64,000 bases of DNA, taken from positions 552,567 through 616,566 of the forward strand of contig JBMOPW010000034.1 of NCBI GenBank assembly GCA_049322915.1, read 5' to 3'. Positions 39,265 to 49,585 of the stretch are shown one piece after another; position 1 is the first letter of the stretch, and every line of letters starts with the position of its first letter. Position numbers and translations under genes: made by a program. The notes beneath the pieces are model-generated. The model was not told the origin of the DNA and searched no databases. It was given only the letters and a program-made list of their open reading frames with translations. The stretch is from Candidatus Zhuqueibacterota bacterium. Lineage in GTDB: Bacteria > Zhuqueibacterota > Zhuqueibacteria > Thermofontimicrobiales > Thermofontimicrobiaceae.

Positions 39265-40233
39265 TCATTCTTCCATTGCCTTGCAGGCGCGGATAAAATC
39301 CCGGGCGCTGTGAATGTAGCCAAACATCAGGCTGGTTCGCCACAGGGCTTCCTGTTTGTTCAACTCGCCGACAGCGGACTCCTTGTTCTCCACGGCGGTG
39401 ACCGCTTCTTTGATGCAGGAACAACGATACCCCAGACGCGACATATCCACCATGCCGCACGGTGAAAACCAGAGGCACCAGTTCAGCGCAAATCCAATAT
39501 AGATCAAATTCCAGATGCCCTTGGTCCGCAGCACTTCATTGAGCTGATGCGTGGTGAACACGACAAACTCGTCTGCCAGGGGGCGGGCCAATTCCGGGAA
39601 ATCGATATGGGGCGAGTAATGGGCCAGCGCGTCGGTAAATTGACTGCCGAACAGCAAATTGGCCTTGCCCTCATCCGGCGATTTTCCGTCGCTGGAAGCC
39701 GGCGCGGTCGGCAACCCGGGAGGTTCATCTCCGGCAATTTCCAGCGCCCGGCGATAGCCGGGATATTTTTTCGCATACGGCTCGTCCGACGCGACATGAA
39801 TCACGGTGAGTTGGGCATCGCGCGCCGCTTTCAGGATAGGCGGAATTTCCTGCTGAATGATGGGCACGGACCGGCTGGCCCATTCCAGCATTTCCATGAC
39901 CGGGCCGGCTTTTCCCGCCGGTGAAAAGGACAATTCCGGATGAAAACCAATATTCCAGATGTGCATGGGGATGAGCGCCGTCTCCGCCATCGGCGCCTCC
40001 AGTTCAACGGAATTGCCCCATCCATGAAAGCCTGTCGCGCCTGTTTTGCCTTTCGAAAAATCGACCGGATAATGCCGGTAATATTCTCCCTTCAGCTTCA
40101 GCATCCGGCGGTCCGCGCCGAACTCCCCGGCCAAAAGTCGGGGCTTTGTCATTTTCACGTCTGTCAACAGGTCCGGCGTCGCAATGGAAGCCGTGGCCAG
40201 CAGGCTATTTTTCAAAAACTTTCTTCGGTTCAT
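39265..40233 (-). CDS. Tat-signal isochorismatase/cysteine-hydrolase-like protein
   Basis: MNRRKFLK signal; ALIPMHIWN, ARDAQLTVIH, IYIGFALNWCL. Confidence 0.6.
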   Translation of the reverse strand: MNRRKFLKNSLLATASIATPDLLTDVKMTKPRLLAGEFGADRRMLKLKGEYYRHYPVDFSKGKTGATGFHGWGNSVELEAPMAETALIPMHIWNIGFHPELSFSPAGKAGPVMEMLEWASRSVPIIQQEIPPILKAARDAQLTVIHVASDEPYAKKYPGYRRALEIAGDEPPGLPTAPASSDGKSPDEGKANLLFGSQFTDALAHYSPHIDFPELARPLADEFVVFTTHQLNEVLRTKGIWNLIYIGFALNWCLWFSPCGMVDMSRLGYRCSCIKEAVTAVENKESAVGELNKQEALWRTSLMFGYIHSARDFIRACKAMEE

Positions 40234-40276
40234 TTTTCCTCTTCAAAAATATGTCAATAATGCTTTCAACTTTTTC

Positions 40277-42559
40277 TCAGTAAAGTGACCGTGTCGTAAA
40301 AATTTTCACCTCGCCGAGTTCCATGTCCAGCGCATGAATCGCCCGATTGTCACCGGACAATTCAGTCATTGGAACGGGCAGATTCACGGTGCGTTTGCCT
40401 GGCTCGGTTGCGACAATCATGGCCGCATCCCTGGTCGCGCGGATGATGTCTGCCTTTGTGCTCCAGAGGCGCGCGCCCGAACGTTTCACCAGCCAGCGGA
40501 GAACGGCCACAGGGAGAGGCGCAGTTCCCACATAAATGGATGTCCATCCCTGCATTTTTTTTTCGGCAAACGCCACCTCCTCGCTTTCGGCCCAGAAACC
40601 GAGCGGCTCAATCTCCTCATCGGTGATCGAGAATCTCGGGAACCGTTTCGATTTCGTCCCGAAATCCAGAGTGAGTGTCTCCTCATCATCCGCCAGTTTC
40701 GCGGTTAAAATGAAAGCCTCCGGCGCGTCACTCACACGGAACCGGAAGCCTGTCAGTCGCTCCATCTGAGCCTGATCCAGGTTCTCGTGAGATACAAATC
40801 CCGGGGCATAAAACCAGACCACGGTGGCGCCGCTATTCCTGAACAGTGCGTGCAGTTGCCCGACCTCTGCCGGCGTGAGATAGAAAAGATTCACCATCAA
40901 AAAAAGGCGGTATTTCGAAACGTCCTCCGGCGCCAGGTCGAACCGGTAAAGGAAATCCACCGGCGCGCCCAGCCGATGCAGGGCCCGAGCCTGGGAATCG
41001 CCGAACCATTGCGAGAAGAAATCCATGCAGTCCGCGCCTTTCGGAAAGGGCTCTTCCGCCTTCCAGTGCCGGGTGACGAACAAGCTTTTGGCATCATACA
41101 CCGCAGCGATTTCCGCGACAGAACTCAAATCCAGCGCCGCCCGCTTCTTTCCCAGTTGGACGAATTGGTTCACCTTTTCAATGACAGCCGCCGAGTCGTA
41201 CCAGCTCCGGCGAATGGCCAACAGCGGGCCAAAATCAAACAGCCAGCCGCCATTGCCCAGCGTGAACATCTGCCCCAGATCGCGGGCCAGAATTTTCAGC
41301 GTCCCGGCCGGAGACTCGTAACCGGCGCCGCCAATGCCGGCGAGCATCGCGTCGTAATCCATTAGCGCTGCATCCGGCGCTGGATTGGAAATCGCCTGCA
41401 CACAGGTGGATGGATCCACTTCAGCAAAATAGAGTTTTCCGTGGCGTTTCAACGACTCAGGCAATACGCGGTAGCCGGCGTCCCCGGCGATTCCGCGCGA
41501 CCGTCCCAGATAATTACCAACATCATCGAACACATCATTGGGGCCGGCGTTCGGCATTTCCTGATTGGCGCTCTGGTACGAATAGGGACTGGCGATGAAA
41601 TCGAGATCAGGGCATTGGAGAATTTTTTCCGGAGCCAGATGACCGCCCTCCTGCATCCAGACATTTTCCAATTGATACCCATAAAATGCCCCGCACAGCG
41701 CGCGTCCACCGGTTTCTTCCTTGCAAATTCGGGCGAAATGGAGGATCGTCCCGGCGCATACATCTTCGTGGAAGCGGCGATAGAATTCAATCACGTCCCG
41801 CTCCTGCCGCGGATCGCGAAATAGTCCGTAGCCGGTGTGAAGTCTCGCCGCAGCATCCGGAACATAGCCCACTTTGCCGGCCATTGCCGGACTCCTATCA
41901 GGGAGAAATTCTGCCATGAAATAATGCCATTCGCCGTAAATTCCCGAGGCAATCTGATAGCCAAAAATTCGGCTGCGCAGCGGCGATGTTTCCACGTGGC
42001 GGAGGAACGCCCGAAAGATTTGTTCCATTTCCCGGCGCCAGAGGTCGGATGCAAAGGACGGCTCATTGAGATGGATCCCCCAGTGCCAGCCGCCTTCGGG
42101 ATTCAACTGCGGCGTGTGATAACGATTCTTGCCGTTGATTCCTTCGGCCACCGCCGGAACGATCATCTCATTCGGGTGATTCGCTTTCCACCATTCGGGC
42201 GCATCCAGTTGCACTCTGGGCAAGAAGTACGCGCCTGGATGAATGGCCAGCAGGTCATTGAAGAGCGCATCGAATCGGCTCCAATCATATTCCCCGGACG
42301 ACAGCCACACGGAATTCAATCCCAGGACCGGATGCAGCATATCGATGCCCGCCTGTTTAAAAAAAGGCGCTGCCTGCTTGAGACTCCAGCTCCACGCCAG
42401 CAAGGGGTATTTCTCCTCACCATTGAGGAACAACCTCGGAGCGCCACGCTCCACGCGAACAGCGGCCACTGCCGGCGCTTCACCCGCAAGCTTTTCAATG
42501 TGGCGAAACAGCATTCGATTGTCAGTTGTCATTTTTCCAGATCCGATTTCATCCATCAT
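40277..42559 (-). CDS. Putative glycoside hydrolase (GH42/beta-galactosidase-like, clan A)
   Basis: YDWSRFD, APEWW, GIYGEWHY, FAEVD and a trimerisation-like C-terminal domain. Confidence 0.7.
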   Translation of the reverse strand: MMDEIGSGKMTTDNRMLFRHIEKLAGEAPAVAAVRVERGAPRLFLNGEEKYPLLAWSWSLKQAAPFFKQAGIDMLHPVLGLNSVWLSSGEYDWSRFDALFNDLLAIHPGAYFLPRVQLDAPEWWKANHPNEMIVPAVAEGINGKNRYHTPQLNPEGGWHWGIHLNEPSFASDLWRREMEQIFRAFLRHVETSPLRSRIFGYQIASGIYGEWHYFMAEFLPDRSPAMAGKVGYVPDAAARLHTGYGLFRDPRQERDVIEFYRRFHEDVCAGTILHFARICKEETGGRALCGAFYGYQLENVWMQEGGHLAPEKILQCPDLDFIASPYSYQSANQEMPNAGPNDVFDDVGNYLGRSRGIAGDAGYRVLPESLKRHGKLYFAEVDPSTCVQAISNPAPDAALMDYDAMLAGIGGAGYESPAGTLKILARDLGQMFTLGNGGWLFDFGPLLAIRRSWYDSAAVIEKVNQFVQLGKKRAALDLSSVAEIAAVYDAKSLFVTRHWKAEEPFPKGADCMDFFSQWFGDSQARALHRLGAPVDFLYRFDLAPEDVSKYRLFLMVNLFYLTPAEVGQLHALFRNSGATVVWFYAPGFVSHENLDQAQMERLTGFRFRVSDAPEAFILTAKLADDEETLTLDFGTKSKRFPRFSITDEEIEPLGFWAESEEVAFAEKKMQGWTSIYVGTAPLPVAVLRWLVKRSGARLWSTKADIIRATRDAAMIVATEPGKRTVNLPVPMTELSGDNRAIHALDMELGEVKIFTTRSLY

Positions 42560-42650
42560 AAAAGAAAAATTCAGCTACAAATCAGGTCGATGGTAGCAGT
42601 TCCCTCACCCCAATCAGGGCGGCGCCCTGCGGTCAGACCGCTTTCAGGCT

Positions 42651-45179
42651 TCAGCCTAATGTGACCTGCACTGTCCTCTCCAGATAGGGATTCATCGGCG
42701 CATCGTCGAAGGCAATTTTCAAATTGAATCGCTGCCCGACCTGAGCCACCATTTCCGCGCCGACAGCCTCTTTGATCTCCAGGCCGGATTGGAACGGCAC
42801 CTCATAAGTCTGACCCGCCTTTCCCTCGAAAATTATTTTCAGAACTGAATTCGACAATTCGTAATCAATGAGCCGCAGACCGCTGGTGCTATCACCTGGT
42901 TCCGGCGCTCTCAGCGGCAGGTTAAATTCGATTCCGGGGTGCGCCTGAATGGCGATATGCAATTCTTCGCGCAGTTCGCATTCGATGCTGCAATGGACAT
43001 CGTAGCGCGTGGCGTCCAGAGTGAACGGATGGTCGATTCCGTTGACCTGAACCGCTCTGACCCGGCTGGCCAATCCCAGCGCCGGCGAGAATTTGAATTG
43101 AAACAGGCCAGGGCCATTGTGTTTTATTCTCAATGAGATACCATCCGGCTTTTTCGAATAGTCCAGTTCAAAACAGCTATCCGCGCACCGGCAATTTTGC
43201 ACGTTCACGTCACTCCATTCGACGGGCAGATGCGGCGTGAATGACAGCGTCTTTCGCTGGGCGTTCGCATCAAGACCCAGCAGTCCGGTCATCACCGGCA
43301 ACACAATGCCGGTGGCGGAAAAAAGCTGGTGCGGCACGGACGCGGAAATCGGGCAGTAATACTCCCCGGACAGCAGTTCGGTCTGCCAGCCCAGCGCATT
43401 CAGCCAGGTCATGCGCGCATTGGCCATCAGATTCAGCCAGCCGTTGCAGGCGCGATGGTGCAGATATTCGGCTGTGGCGGCATAGCCGGTCGTGAACGGC
43501 CAGACGCTCCCGTTGTTGTAGCTGATGGGATCGTAATATTGGCTATGCTTCGAGACGCCGCGGATACCCCAATCCGTGCACATGGCGGAGCGGGCGAAGT
43601 CCTGCAAGGTGGCCCGAACGTCCGCTTCCGTGGTCAGGTTAAAAAAGAGCGGTAAGGCCTGCCACACTGTGGAGTCCGGATGTTTTTCGCCGTTTGTCAG
43701 CAGGGCAAAATTGAGCCGCTTTTCCTTCTCATCGATGAAATAAGATCGGAACGATTTCATGCCCCGTTCGAACAGGTCCGCAGCCTCCGCCACCAGTTCG
43801 GTTTCCTCAAAATAGTTTGCGAGCTCTCTCATGCACTGCAACGCCCGCAGCCATAAACTGGCCAGGTAGACATCCACGCGATTTTTTTTGAGCATCTCCC
43901 CCACTTCCATCGCAGCCAGCCCGGCGGCGCTGTTCTCCATCAATCCGTCGCTATCTTCATCGGCGCGGACGCAGAAGCGATATGCCTTTTTGATGGATTC
44001 CCAGCTCTCGATAAGGAGCGGATCGTCATTGGTCAAAGCAAAATAATCGTACATCGCCAGAATGTAATAGGCGGTCGTTTCCGCGTGATAAAATCCGTAG
44101 GGGTAATCCTCGAACCATCGGATGAACGCCGCGCTCTGAGTCAATTCGTGAAAGATCTTGCCATCCTCCCGTTGATGCTTCCGCCAGAGCGCCAGCGATT
44201 TTCGGATGCCCTCCAGGTCTCCCACGCGATTCATCGCCAGGGAATTGAGGAACGCGTCACCGCCGAAATACCAGGCAAATCCCGGCCGGTGCGTTTTTCC
44301 AGACACGCCATAGCCGGCAACCATTCCCTCGCCCAACTGCGGATTGTTCACCAGCCCCTTTGTCAGCGATACCTTGGCCCAGTCGAACGCCCTGTCCAGC
44401 ACCTGGGATGGAGTTGTCACGCGCGTTGTGCGGGTCAAGAAATCCTCGTAAAATTCCCGATGTTCCCGGTACAGTTCCGGGATCGAATTTTTAATATCAA
44501 TGTAAAACTGCACCGCCCTGTCCCTGCCCTCGACGCTGCCGGCGACGATGAGCGGGAAGAAATTCTCTTTCATCTCTGCCAGCGAAGGTCGGAGCACGAA
44601 CTGCATGGGACTGTCCGGCAATTGATGGCCGGGGGTCTCCGAAAGTCGCTCTGCCAGCGGCGAGCCGAAGACACCGGCGTAGGTGCGCGAGCCTTCGCCA
44701 AAATAGTAGGCCGGCAATTTTTCATCCCACAATGAATATTGTCCACCCAGACCGGCCGGCCACATGGGCGCCAGATTCGGCAAAAAGCTGACCCAGATTT
44801 CCAGCGGCACAAAGGCATCCACGTCGAACAGGATGACGACCCCGGGACTATCCAACGGCGCCAGCAGGTGCTGCTGAATCGTGAACAGGTCGTGCGAATA
44901 CATGATGGTGGTAATCTCAGGTCGCACCATGATTCGCCGGGCCATTTTCGCCGCTGGCACGGTGACGTGATACTGCGGGATGTGGACGGAAAAAGTCAAG
45001 TCCGAGAGAATTTTCATCGGGTACACCCACACTTCAAACACGCCGTTCTCCACACCTAAAATCGACGACTGCCGGCCCACGCTCTCGCAATAAGTTCCCG
45101 CCAAGACAGGGCGCGTCAATTGAATTTGACTGTCATAGATGGTGAATTTTTTGAGGGAATCTGAGGCTGCTACGTTCAT
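42651..45179 (-). CDS. Amylo-alpha-1,6-glucosidase-like (alpha/alpha)6 glycoside hydrolase
   Basis: GFAWYFGGD, GKIFHE, DSDGLMEN, YNNGSVWP, ELLSG, HQLFS. Confidence 0.8.
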   Translation of the reverse strand: MNVAASDSLKKFTIYDSQIQLTRPVLAGTYCESVGRQSSILGVENGVFEVWVYPMKILSDLTFSVHIPQYHVTVPAAKMARRIMVRPEITTIMYSHDLFTIQQHLLAPLDSPGVVILFDVDAFVPLEIWVSFLPNLAPMWPAGLGGQYSLWDEKLPAYYFGEGSRTYAGVFGSPLAERLSETPGHQLPDSPMQFVLRPSLAEMKENFFPLIVAGSVEGRDRAVQFYIDIKNSIPELYREHREFYEDFLTRTTRVTTPSQVLDRAFDWAKVSLTKGLVNNPQLGEGMVAGYGVSGKTHRPGFAWYFGGDAFLNSLAMNRVGDLEGIRKSLALWRKHQREDGKIFHELTQSAAFIRWFEDYPYGFYHAETTAYYILAMYDYFALTNDDPLLIESWESIKKAYRFCVRADEDSDGLMENSAAGLAAMEVGEMLKKNRVDVYLASLWLRALQCMRELANYFEETELVAEAADLFERGMKSFRSYFIDEKEKRLNFALLTNGEKHPDSTVWQALPLFFNLTTEADVRATLQDFARSAMCTDWGIRGVSKHSQYYDPISYNNGSVWPFTTGYAATAEYLHHRACNGWLNLMANARMTWLNALGWQTELLSGEYYCPISASVPHQLFSATGIVLPVMTGLLGLDANAQRKTLSFTPHLPVEWSDVNVQNCRCADSCFELDYSKKPDGISLRIKHNGPGLFQFKFSPALGLASRVRAVQVNGIDHPFTLDATRYDVHCSIECELREELHIAIQAHPGIEFNLPLRAPEPGDSTSGLRLIDYELSNSVLKIIFEGKAGQTYEVPFQSGLEIKEAVGAEMVAQVGQRFNLKIAFDDAPMNPYLERTVQVTLG

Positions 45180-45421
45180 GAGAAATCCTTCCAAAAAGGG
45201 ATTGCGGTTTTTATGAAAATGTAATCGTTAGAATTTCGAAAGGGATGGCTCAGGGAAACGAACAATTCATTCGCACGGCAGGGAGAAGCCGGTCATTGTC
45301 CGCCCGAATGCTGTCGTCAATCCGCTGCAACCAGAGGGAGATGCCGGCAGGTTTCGTCCTGAGGCCTTTCCACGCACACCGCGGAGATGGCTCGTACATG
45401 GCCGGGTGTAAATTAATCGGC

Positions 45422-46051
45422 TCATTTCTGAATGCCAAAGGTGTATGTCCGGTTGATCCAAAAATCTGTGGGAGCGCTGCCACGTTTTGCCGGGATATAT
45501 CGGCTCTTCAGCGCCGCCTGCCTGGCGGATTCAGCGCATTTATCGCTGTCCGTGGTATTTTCGAGAATTATCACTTCATCGACTACGCCGGTTTCGGTGA
45601 TGTGAATGTGCAGTTTGACCAGACCCTGAATGCCTTTTTTTTGAAGCTCCTCCGAATATTCCGGGATCACCTCGTAAATGGGCCGCGGCTGAAAAACCGG
45701 TTCCGGCCGGGGCAAACTCACAGCGCCTCCCTGGGGCGACCCATCCGATGATCCGGGCATTTCGTAATTTATCTCAGTCTTTTCAATGGTTGTATCTTCT
45801 GATAATTTCGGATCTTGCGAGGGAATGGGAACTGCAGGCTGGATGGTCTGTTTTCGGTACGTCCCCTGCCGGGTGATTGGGATATCTTCGGCCACGATGG
45901 TTGTCGAAAATCCGGGCGCGTATTCCTTCTTCCTGGCCAATTTCATCGTTGGGAAAAAAAGCAACAGGATGATAACCAATCCCAGGCTGATTACAATGGC
46001 TTTTTCCATGTCGAGTCTGTAGTGAGATCGATACGAACTCCGAATCGTCAT
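45422..46051 (-). CDS. tonB: TonB-family energy transducer
   Basis: N-terminal TM, Pro-rich linker, TonB_C domain (PEYSEEL...GIQGLVKL...PAK). Confidence 0.85.
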   Translation of the reverse strand: MTIRSSYRSHYRLDMEKAIVISLGLVIILLLFFPTMKLARKKEYAPGFSTTIVAEDIPITRQGTYRKQTIQPAVPIPSQDPKLSEDTTIEKTEINYEMPGSSDGSPQGGAVSLPRPEPVFQPRPIYEVIPEYSEELQKKGIQGLVKLHIHITETGVVDEVIILENTTDSDKCAESARQAALKSRYIPAKRGSAPTDFWINRTYTFGIQK

Positions 46052-46115
46052 AGATTATTTCCACGCCCCATTGGAATGACTCCGTGTCCCGGTGATAAAA
46101 CGGACCCGGCGATGA

Positions 46116-46901
46116 TTAAATGATTTCAAACAGGTTCAATTTCAACCAGCCAATTTTTCCGTCTGCCAGCCGAATCTTGGCCCATTGATTATTGAAAGCC
46201 TCGACCTTGATTTTCACGCCTTCGTGCAGAGAAAACAGGTCCGTGCCCTGCTCGTCCGGCGAGCCCATCACATCGACTTTTTTCTCCAGGACAATGGCGT
46301 ATCGCGACGATGTTTCATCGTGCAGGCGAATAAAAAACAGGGACGAAACAATGATCAGAACAACGACGATGATGGTTAAAGCAACGTTCAGGAACGAGTA
46401 CGCACCGGCGCCTCGGCTGAAAATTTTGAGGATGATCAGGACGGTCATAACAAAATAAAAACTGATGACATACCAGCCCAATGTTCCGACATTCCAGAGT
46501 TGGAGGCTCTTCAAAACCGGGACGATTTCGTCCAGCAAAAAGCGCGGCGGGGTCACGACTTTGTCCACGACTGTCAGGTTCGCCAATTCCAGATTGAACA
46601 ACAGATCTTCACTCTCCGGATTCATTCGCATGGCGCGCTCGTAATTCAGAATGGCGCGGCCATTTTGCCCGGTTTTGTAATAGGCATTGCCCAGGTTATA
46701 ATAGACCTGCCAACTCTCATAGCCATTTTTCAAAATTTCCTGGTACGCGGCAATGGCGTCAGAGAACTTTTTTTCTTCGAAAAATTTGTTGGCTGTCTCG
46801 AAGAGATGCTGATTGTGATCCGCGCGAGCCGTGGTATGCAGGGATAGCAATGTCAGGACAACGACGGTCAACGCAACGATGTATCGGGTAACAGCATGCA
46901 T
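46116..46901 (-). CDS. batE: BatE-like protein (TPR, TM, SH3)
   Basis: YYNLGNAYYK..G.AILNYERA; LHEGVKI...WAKIRLADGKIGW. Confidence 0.88.
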   Translation of the reverse strand: MHAVTRYIVALTVVVLTLLSLHTTARADHNQHLFETANKFFEEKKFSDAIAAYQEILKNGYESWQVYYNLGNAYYKTGQNGRAILNYERAMRMNPESEDLLFNLELANLTVVDKVVTPPRFLLDEIVPVLKSLQLWNVGTLGWYVISFYFVMTVLIILKIFSRGAGAYSFLNVALTIIVVVLIIVSSLFFIRLHDETSSRYAIVLEKKVDVMGSPDEQGTDLFSLHEGVKIKVEAFNNQWAKIRLADGKIGWLKLNLFEII

Positions 46902-46952
46902 GAAAATTTCAACCTCACAATAAATTATTCCAGACGCACTGTCCAACCAGTA

Positions 46953-48788
46953 TCAGATGACTCGCTCAAGCGCGATGATTGCATTTTTTGCTTCATCGAA
47001 AAATTTCTTCATCTCTTCCAGCTTTGCCGAAGACGGTGCAAATCGTTGATAATCGCACATCTGCAAACAAGACAGGTACTGGGAGATCACCTCCGCCGGG
47101 ATAGCGTGTTTCTTCATCAAACCTTCCACTTCATCGGTGATGATACCGGCCGCTGCGATATTGAATTTATCGCCTAAAAATCCCAGCAATGAATTGGCAA
47201 TTTCAGCATAAAACTCTTTCTGGGTCGTTTCGTGCAGCAGGCGTTTCCCCTTTGCCAGGCGTTTCATGGCCAACTGGTTGGCCCTGCGGCTGCGCGCATA
47301 GGCGACATTGGCATTGATCTTATCCAGATGGCGCTGATAGCCGAGAGACGAAAGAATCAAAACCACCGGCGCAAGCAGCACCAATACGAACAGGTAACTC
47401 CGATGGAATGCCCGTCCGATTTTTTTGAATTGCGGCGCGGCAGTTTGAATATAACGGATATCCTGACCCAGCAGCTTCACTTCCTCTTTGGATAATCCGG
47501 ACCCGACCGTGACAAATTCCTCGGCGCCCTGGGCCACATCGATGACCAATTCCGGCGTGCGAATGTACTGATAGGCTTTTTTCCCGACATCGAAATAGGA
47601 AAATGAGATCGGTTTGATTGTCTGTCTGCCGGGGTACCGCGGAATAAGCACATACTCGAACGTCTTGCTGCCGTTCACCCCGTTCTCGGTGCGATTGATG
47701 GACTCCGATTCTTTGGGAGGATATTTCTCAAAATCAGGCGGCACGTCCACAACCGGCGTGGGGATCATTTTCACATTGCCGCTTCCGCTGATAGTGACTT
47801 TCAGCGAAATGGCTTCATTGGTTTTGACGGTCTGTTTATCGATTTTTGCTGTGATATCAAAATCCCCGACCAGCCCGGAAAAATTAGACGGCTTTCCTTC
47901 ATCAGGCAAGGGCAGCACATCGATGGTGAGCGGGCGCGAGTTGACGACTTCTCTCACCGATCGGCCAAAAAACGGATCATCGAAAAAGCTATCGAAAATC
48001 GAACGACGACGGTTTTGCACCCGAACGCTGCATTCGATCTCCATCGGCGAAACGGATTTCTTGCCGGCGTCGGTGGGGAACATGGCCACCCGGCGTATTT
48101 CAGCAACAATGAATTTTTTACCTTTGTAAACCTCTTCGTACGTTTTGGGCTGATTGCCCAGAGGGAATTCCTCGACCCAGAAGCCGGAGGTGTTGGGTAG
48201 TTTGCTGATGCCATATTGGGTGACAGTGACGTTTGTGTAAATTTTATACGACAGGATGACCGGCTCGTTGACATACACGCGGCTCTTATTGGCAGTCACC
48301 TGCAGAAAAAGATTTTCGTCGCCGATCTGATTGTCGGACGGTGCGCCGGGCATGGTCTGCGCGCCAGGCTGTCTCGGTTGCTGGGGCGGCGTTGTAGACT
48401 GCACCACTTCCATCTGGATGGGACTGGAATGGAACTCCTGTCCTTTGTGGACAATGACTGCCGAAGGGATGGTGAACGTACCGATGGTGGTCGCCATGTA
48501 GGAAAAAGTCATGGATTTGGAGATGGACATTTTGCCGTTGATCAGTTGGATGTTTTGCGACGTGCCGGAACTGCCCAGACTCACTGCAAACGCGCTGAGA
48601 TCGGGGATTATCGGGTCTCCAACGCTGCTCACCCGATCGCCGGATATTTCGATGGTGAGTGTAAATTCCTGATTCACCCCCACGGCGGTTCTGTCCACAG
48701 TCGTGGTAATTTCAATTTCAGCCGCCAAAAGCGTGGCCCAGAGTCCGCTCACCAACATGAAAACAAGGATGTTCCTGATAAAATTCAT
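46953..48788 (-). CDS. batD: BatD
   Basis: Repeated Ig-like BatD domains (TVDRTAVG, VYVNEP, FSGLVGDF, GSGN), C-terminal TM, RFAP. Confidence 0.88.
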   Translation of the reverse strand: MNFIRNILVFMLVSGLWATLLAAEIEITTTVDRTAVGVNQEFTLTIEISGDRVSSVGDPIIPDLSAFAVSLGSSGTSQNIQLINGKMSISKSMTFSYMATTIGTFTIPSAVIVHKGQEFHSSPIQMEVVQSTTPPQQPRQPGAQTMPGAPSDNQIGDENLFLQVTANKSRVYVNEPVILSYKIYTNVTVTQYGISKLPNTSGFWVEEFPLGNQPKTYEEVYKGKKFIVAEIRRVAMFPTDAGKKSVSPMEIECSVRVQNRRRSIFDSFFDDPFFGRSVREVVNSRPLTIDVLPLPDEGKPSNFSGLVGDFDITAKIDKQTVKTNEAISLKVTISGSGNVKMIPTPVVDVPPDFEKYPPKESESINRTENGVNGSKTFEYVLIPRYPGRQTIKPISFSYFDVGKKAYQYIRTPELVIDVAQGAEEFVTVGSGLSKEEVKLLGQDIRYIQTAAPQFKKIGRAFHRSYLFVLVLLAPVVLILSSLGYQRHLDKINANVAYARSRRANQLAMKRLAKGKRLLHETTQKEFYAEIANSLLGFLGDKFNIAAAGIITDEVEGLMKKHAIPAEVISQYLSCLQMCDYQRFAPSSAKLEEMKKFFDEAKNAIIALERVI

Positions 48789-48825
48789 TCCGGCCTTTCT
48801 TTGAACTCGACGTTTTGGAATCATG

Positions 48826-49584
48826 TCACCAGTCCTTAACCACACGAACACGTGCGCCCTTCTGGGCCTTTTGTTCTTTCTGCAAATCTTTGTCATCTTT
48901 ATTCAATGCATTTAAAATTCGTTCCGCTTCCTCTTTGCTCATTTCCTCGGCCTTCTTTTCCTGGCCCTGCTGTTGTTGCTGCTCCTGCTGTTCCTGTTGC
49001 TCTTGCTGGTCTTGCTGTCCGGATTGTTCCTGCTTATCCTGCTCCTGCTGATTCTGCTCATCCTTTTTTTCATCCTGCTGTTGTTGCTGTTGTTGATCCG
49101 ATTGTTGCTGTTGCTGCTGCTGCTGTTGCTGCGGTTGTTGCTGCTGTTTCTCCGCCTGCTCTTTGAGCTTGGCTCGAACAAATTCCAGATTGTATTTTGC
49201 GTCTTCATCCATGGGATTCAATCGCAGCGCTTCGGTGTAGGCCAAAATGCTCTTCGGCAGATCGCCCATCCGATAGAACGAATTTCCCATATTGTAATAA
49301 CTCTTGGACTGGGTCAATATCTCATCGGAAGACAGACTCTTTTCAAAATCCTTCAACGCCTCTTCATAATTTTTCTTTTGGTATTGTGTGTCGCCGACAT
49401 TGAAATGGATGAGCGGATTTTCAGGATTGTCCACCAGGGCGTCCCGATACTTGTTGTTGGCCTCGTCGTATTTTTTCTCTTCGTAAAATTTATTGCCCTG
49501 GGCGACCTGTCGCCGGCCGGATTGGGCAAAGAGCAACGCCGGACCGAGGCATAGCATTACAACCAGGATCAAACCACGTTTCAT
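48826..49584 (-). CDS. batC: BatC (TPR plus Q-rich linker)
   Basis: Signal peptide, TPRs, DAKYNLE, polyQ tract, terminal KDW. Confidence 0.9.
   Translation of the reverse strand: MKRGLILVVMLCLGPALLFAQSGRRQVAQGNKFYEEKKYDEANNKYRDALVDNPENPLIHFNVGDTQYQKKNYEEALKDFEKSLSSDEILTQSKSYYNMGNSFYRMGDLPKSILAYTEALRLNPMDEDAKYNLEFVRAKLKEQAEKQQQQPQQQQQQQQQQSDQQQQQQQDEKKDEQNQQEQDKQEQSGQQDQQEQQEQQEQQQQQGQEKKAEEMSKEEAERILNALNKDDKDLQKEQKAQKGARVRVVKDW
48968..49146 (-). repeat. CAG/CAA-rich low-complexity polyglutamine tract in batC
   Basis: (ctg/ttg)n runs on the + strand. Confidence 0.85.
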
Positions 49585-49585
49585 G

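Noticed and set aside
48973..49554. Leu-rich 193-aa + strand ORF
   Set aside because: It is the antisense shadow of the batC polyQ tract.
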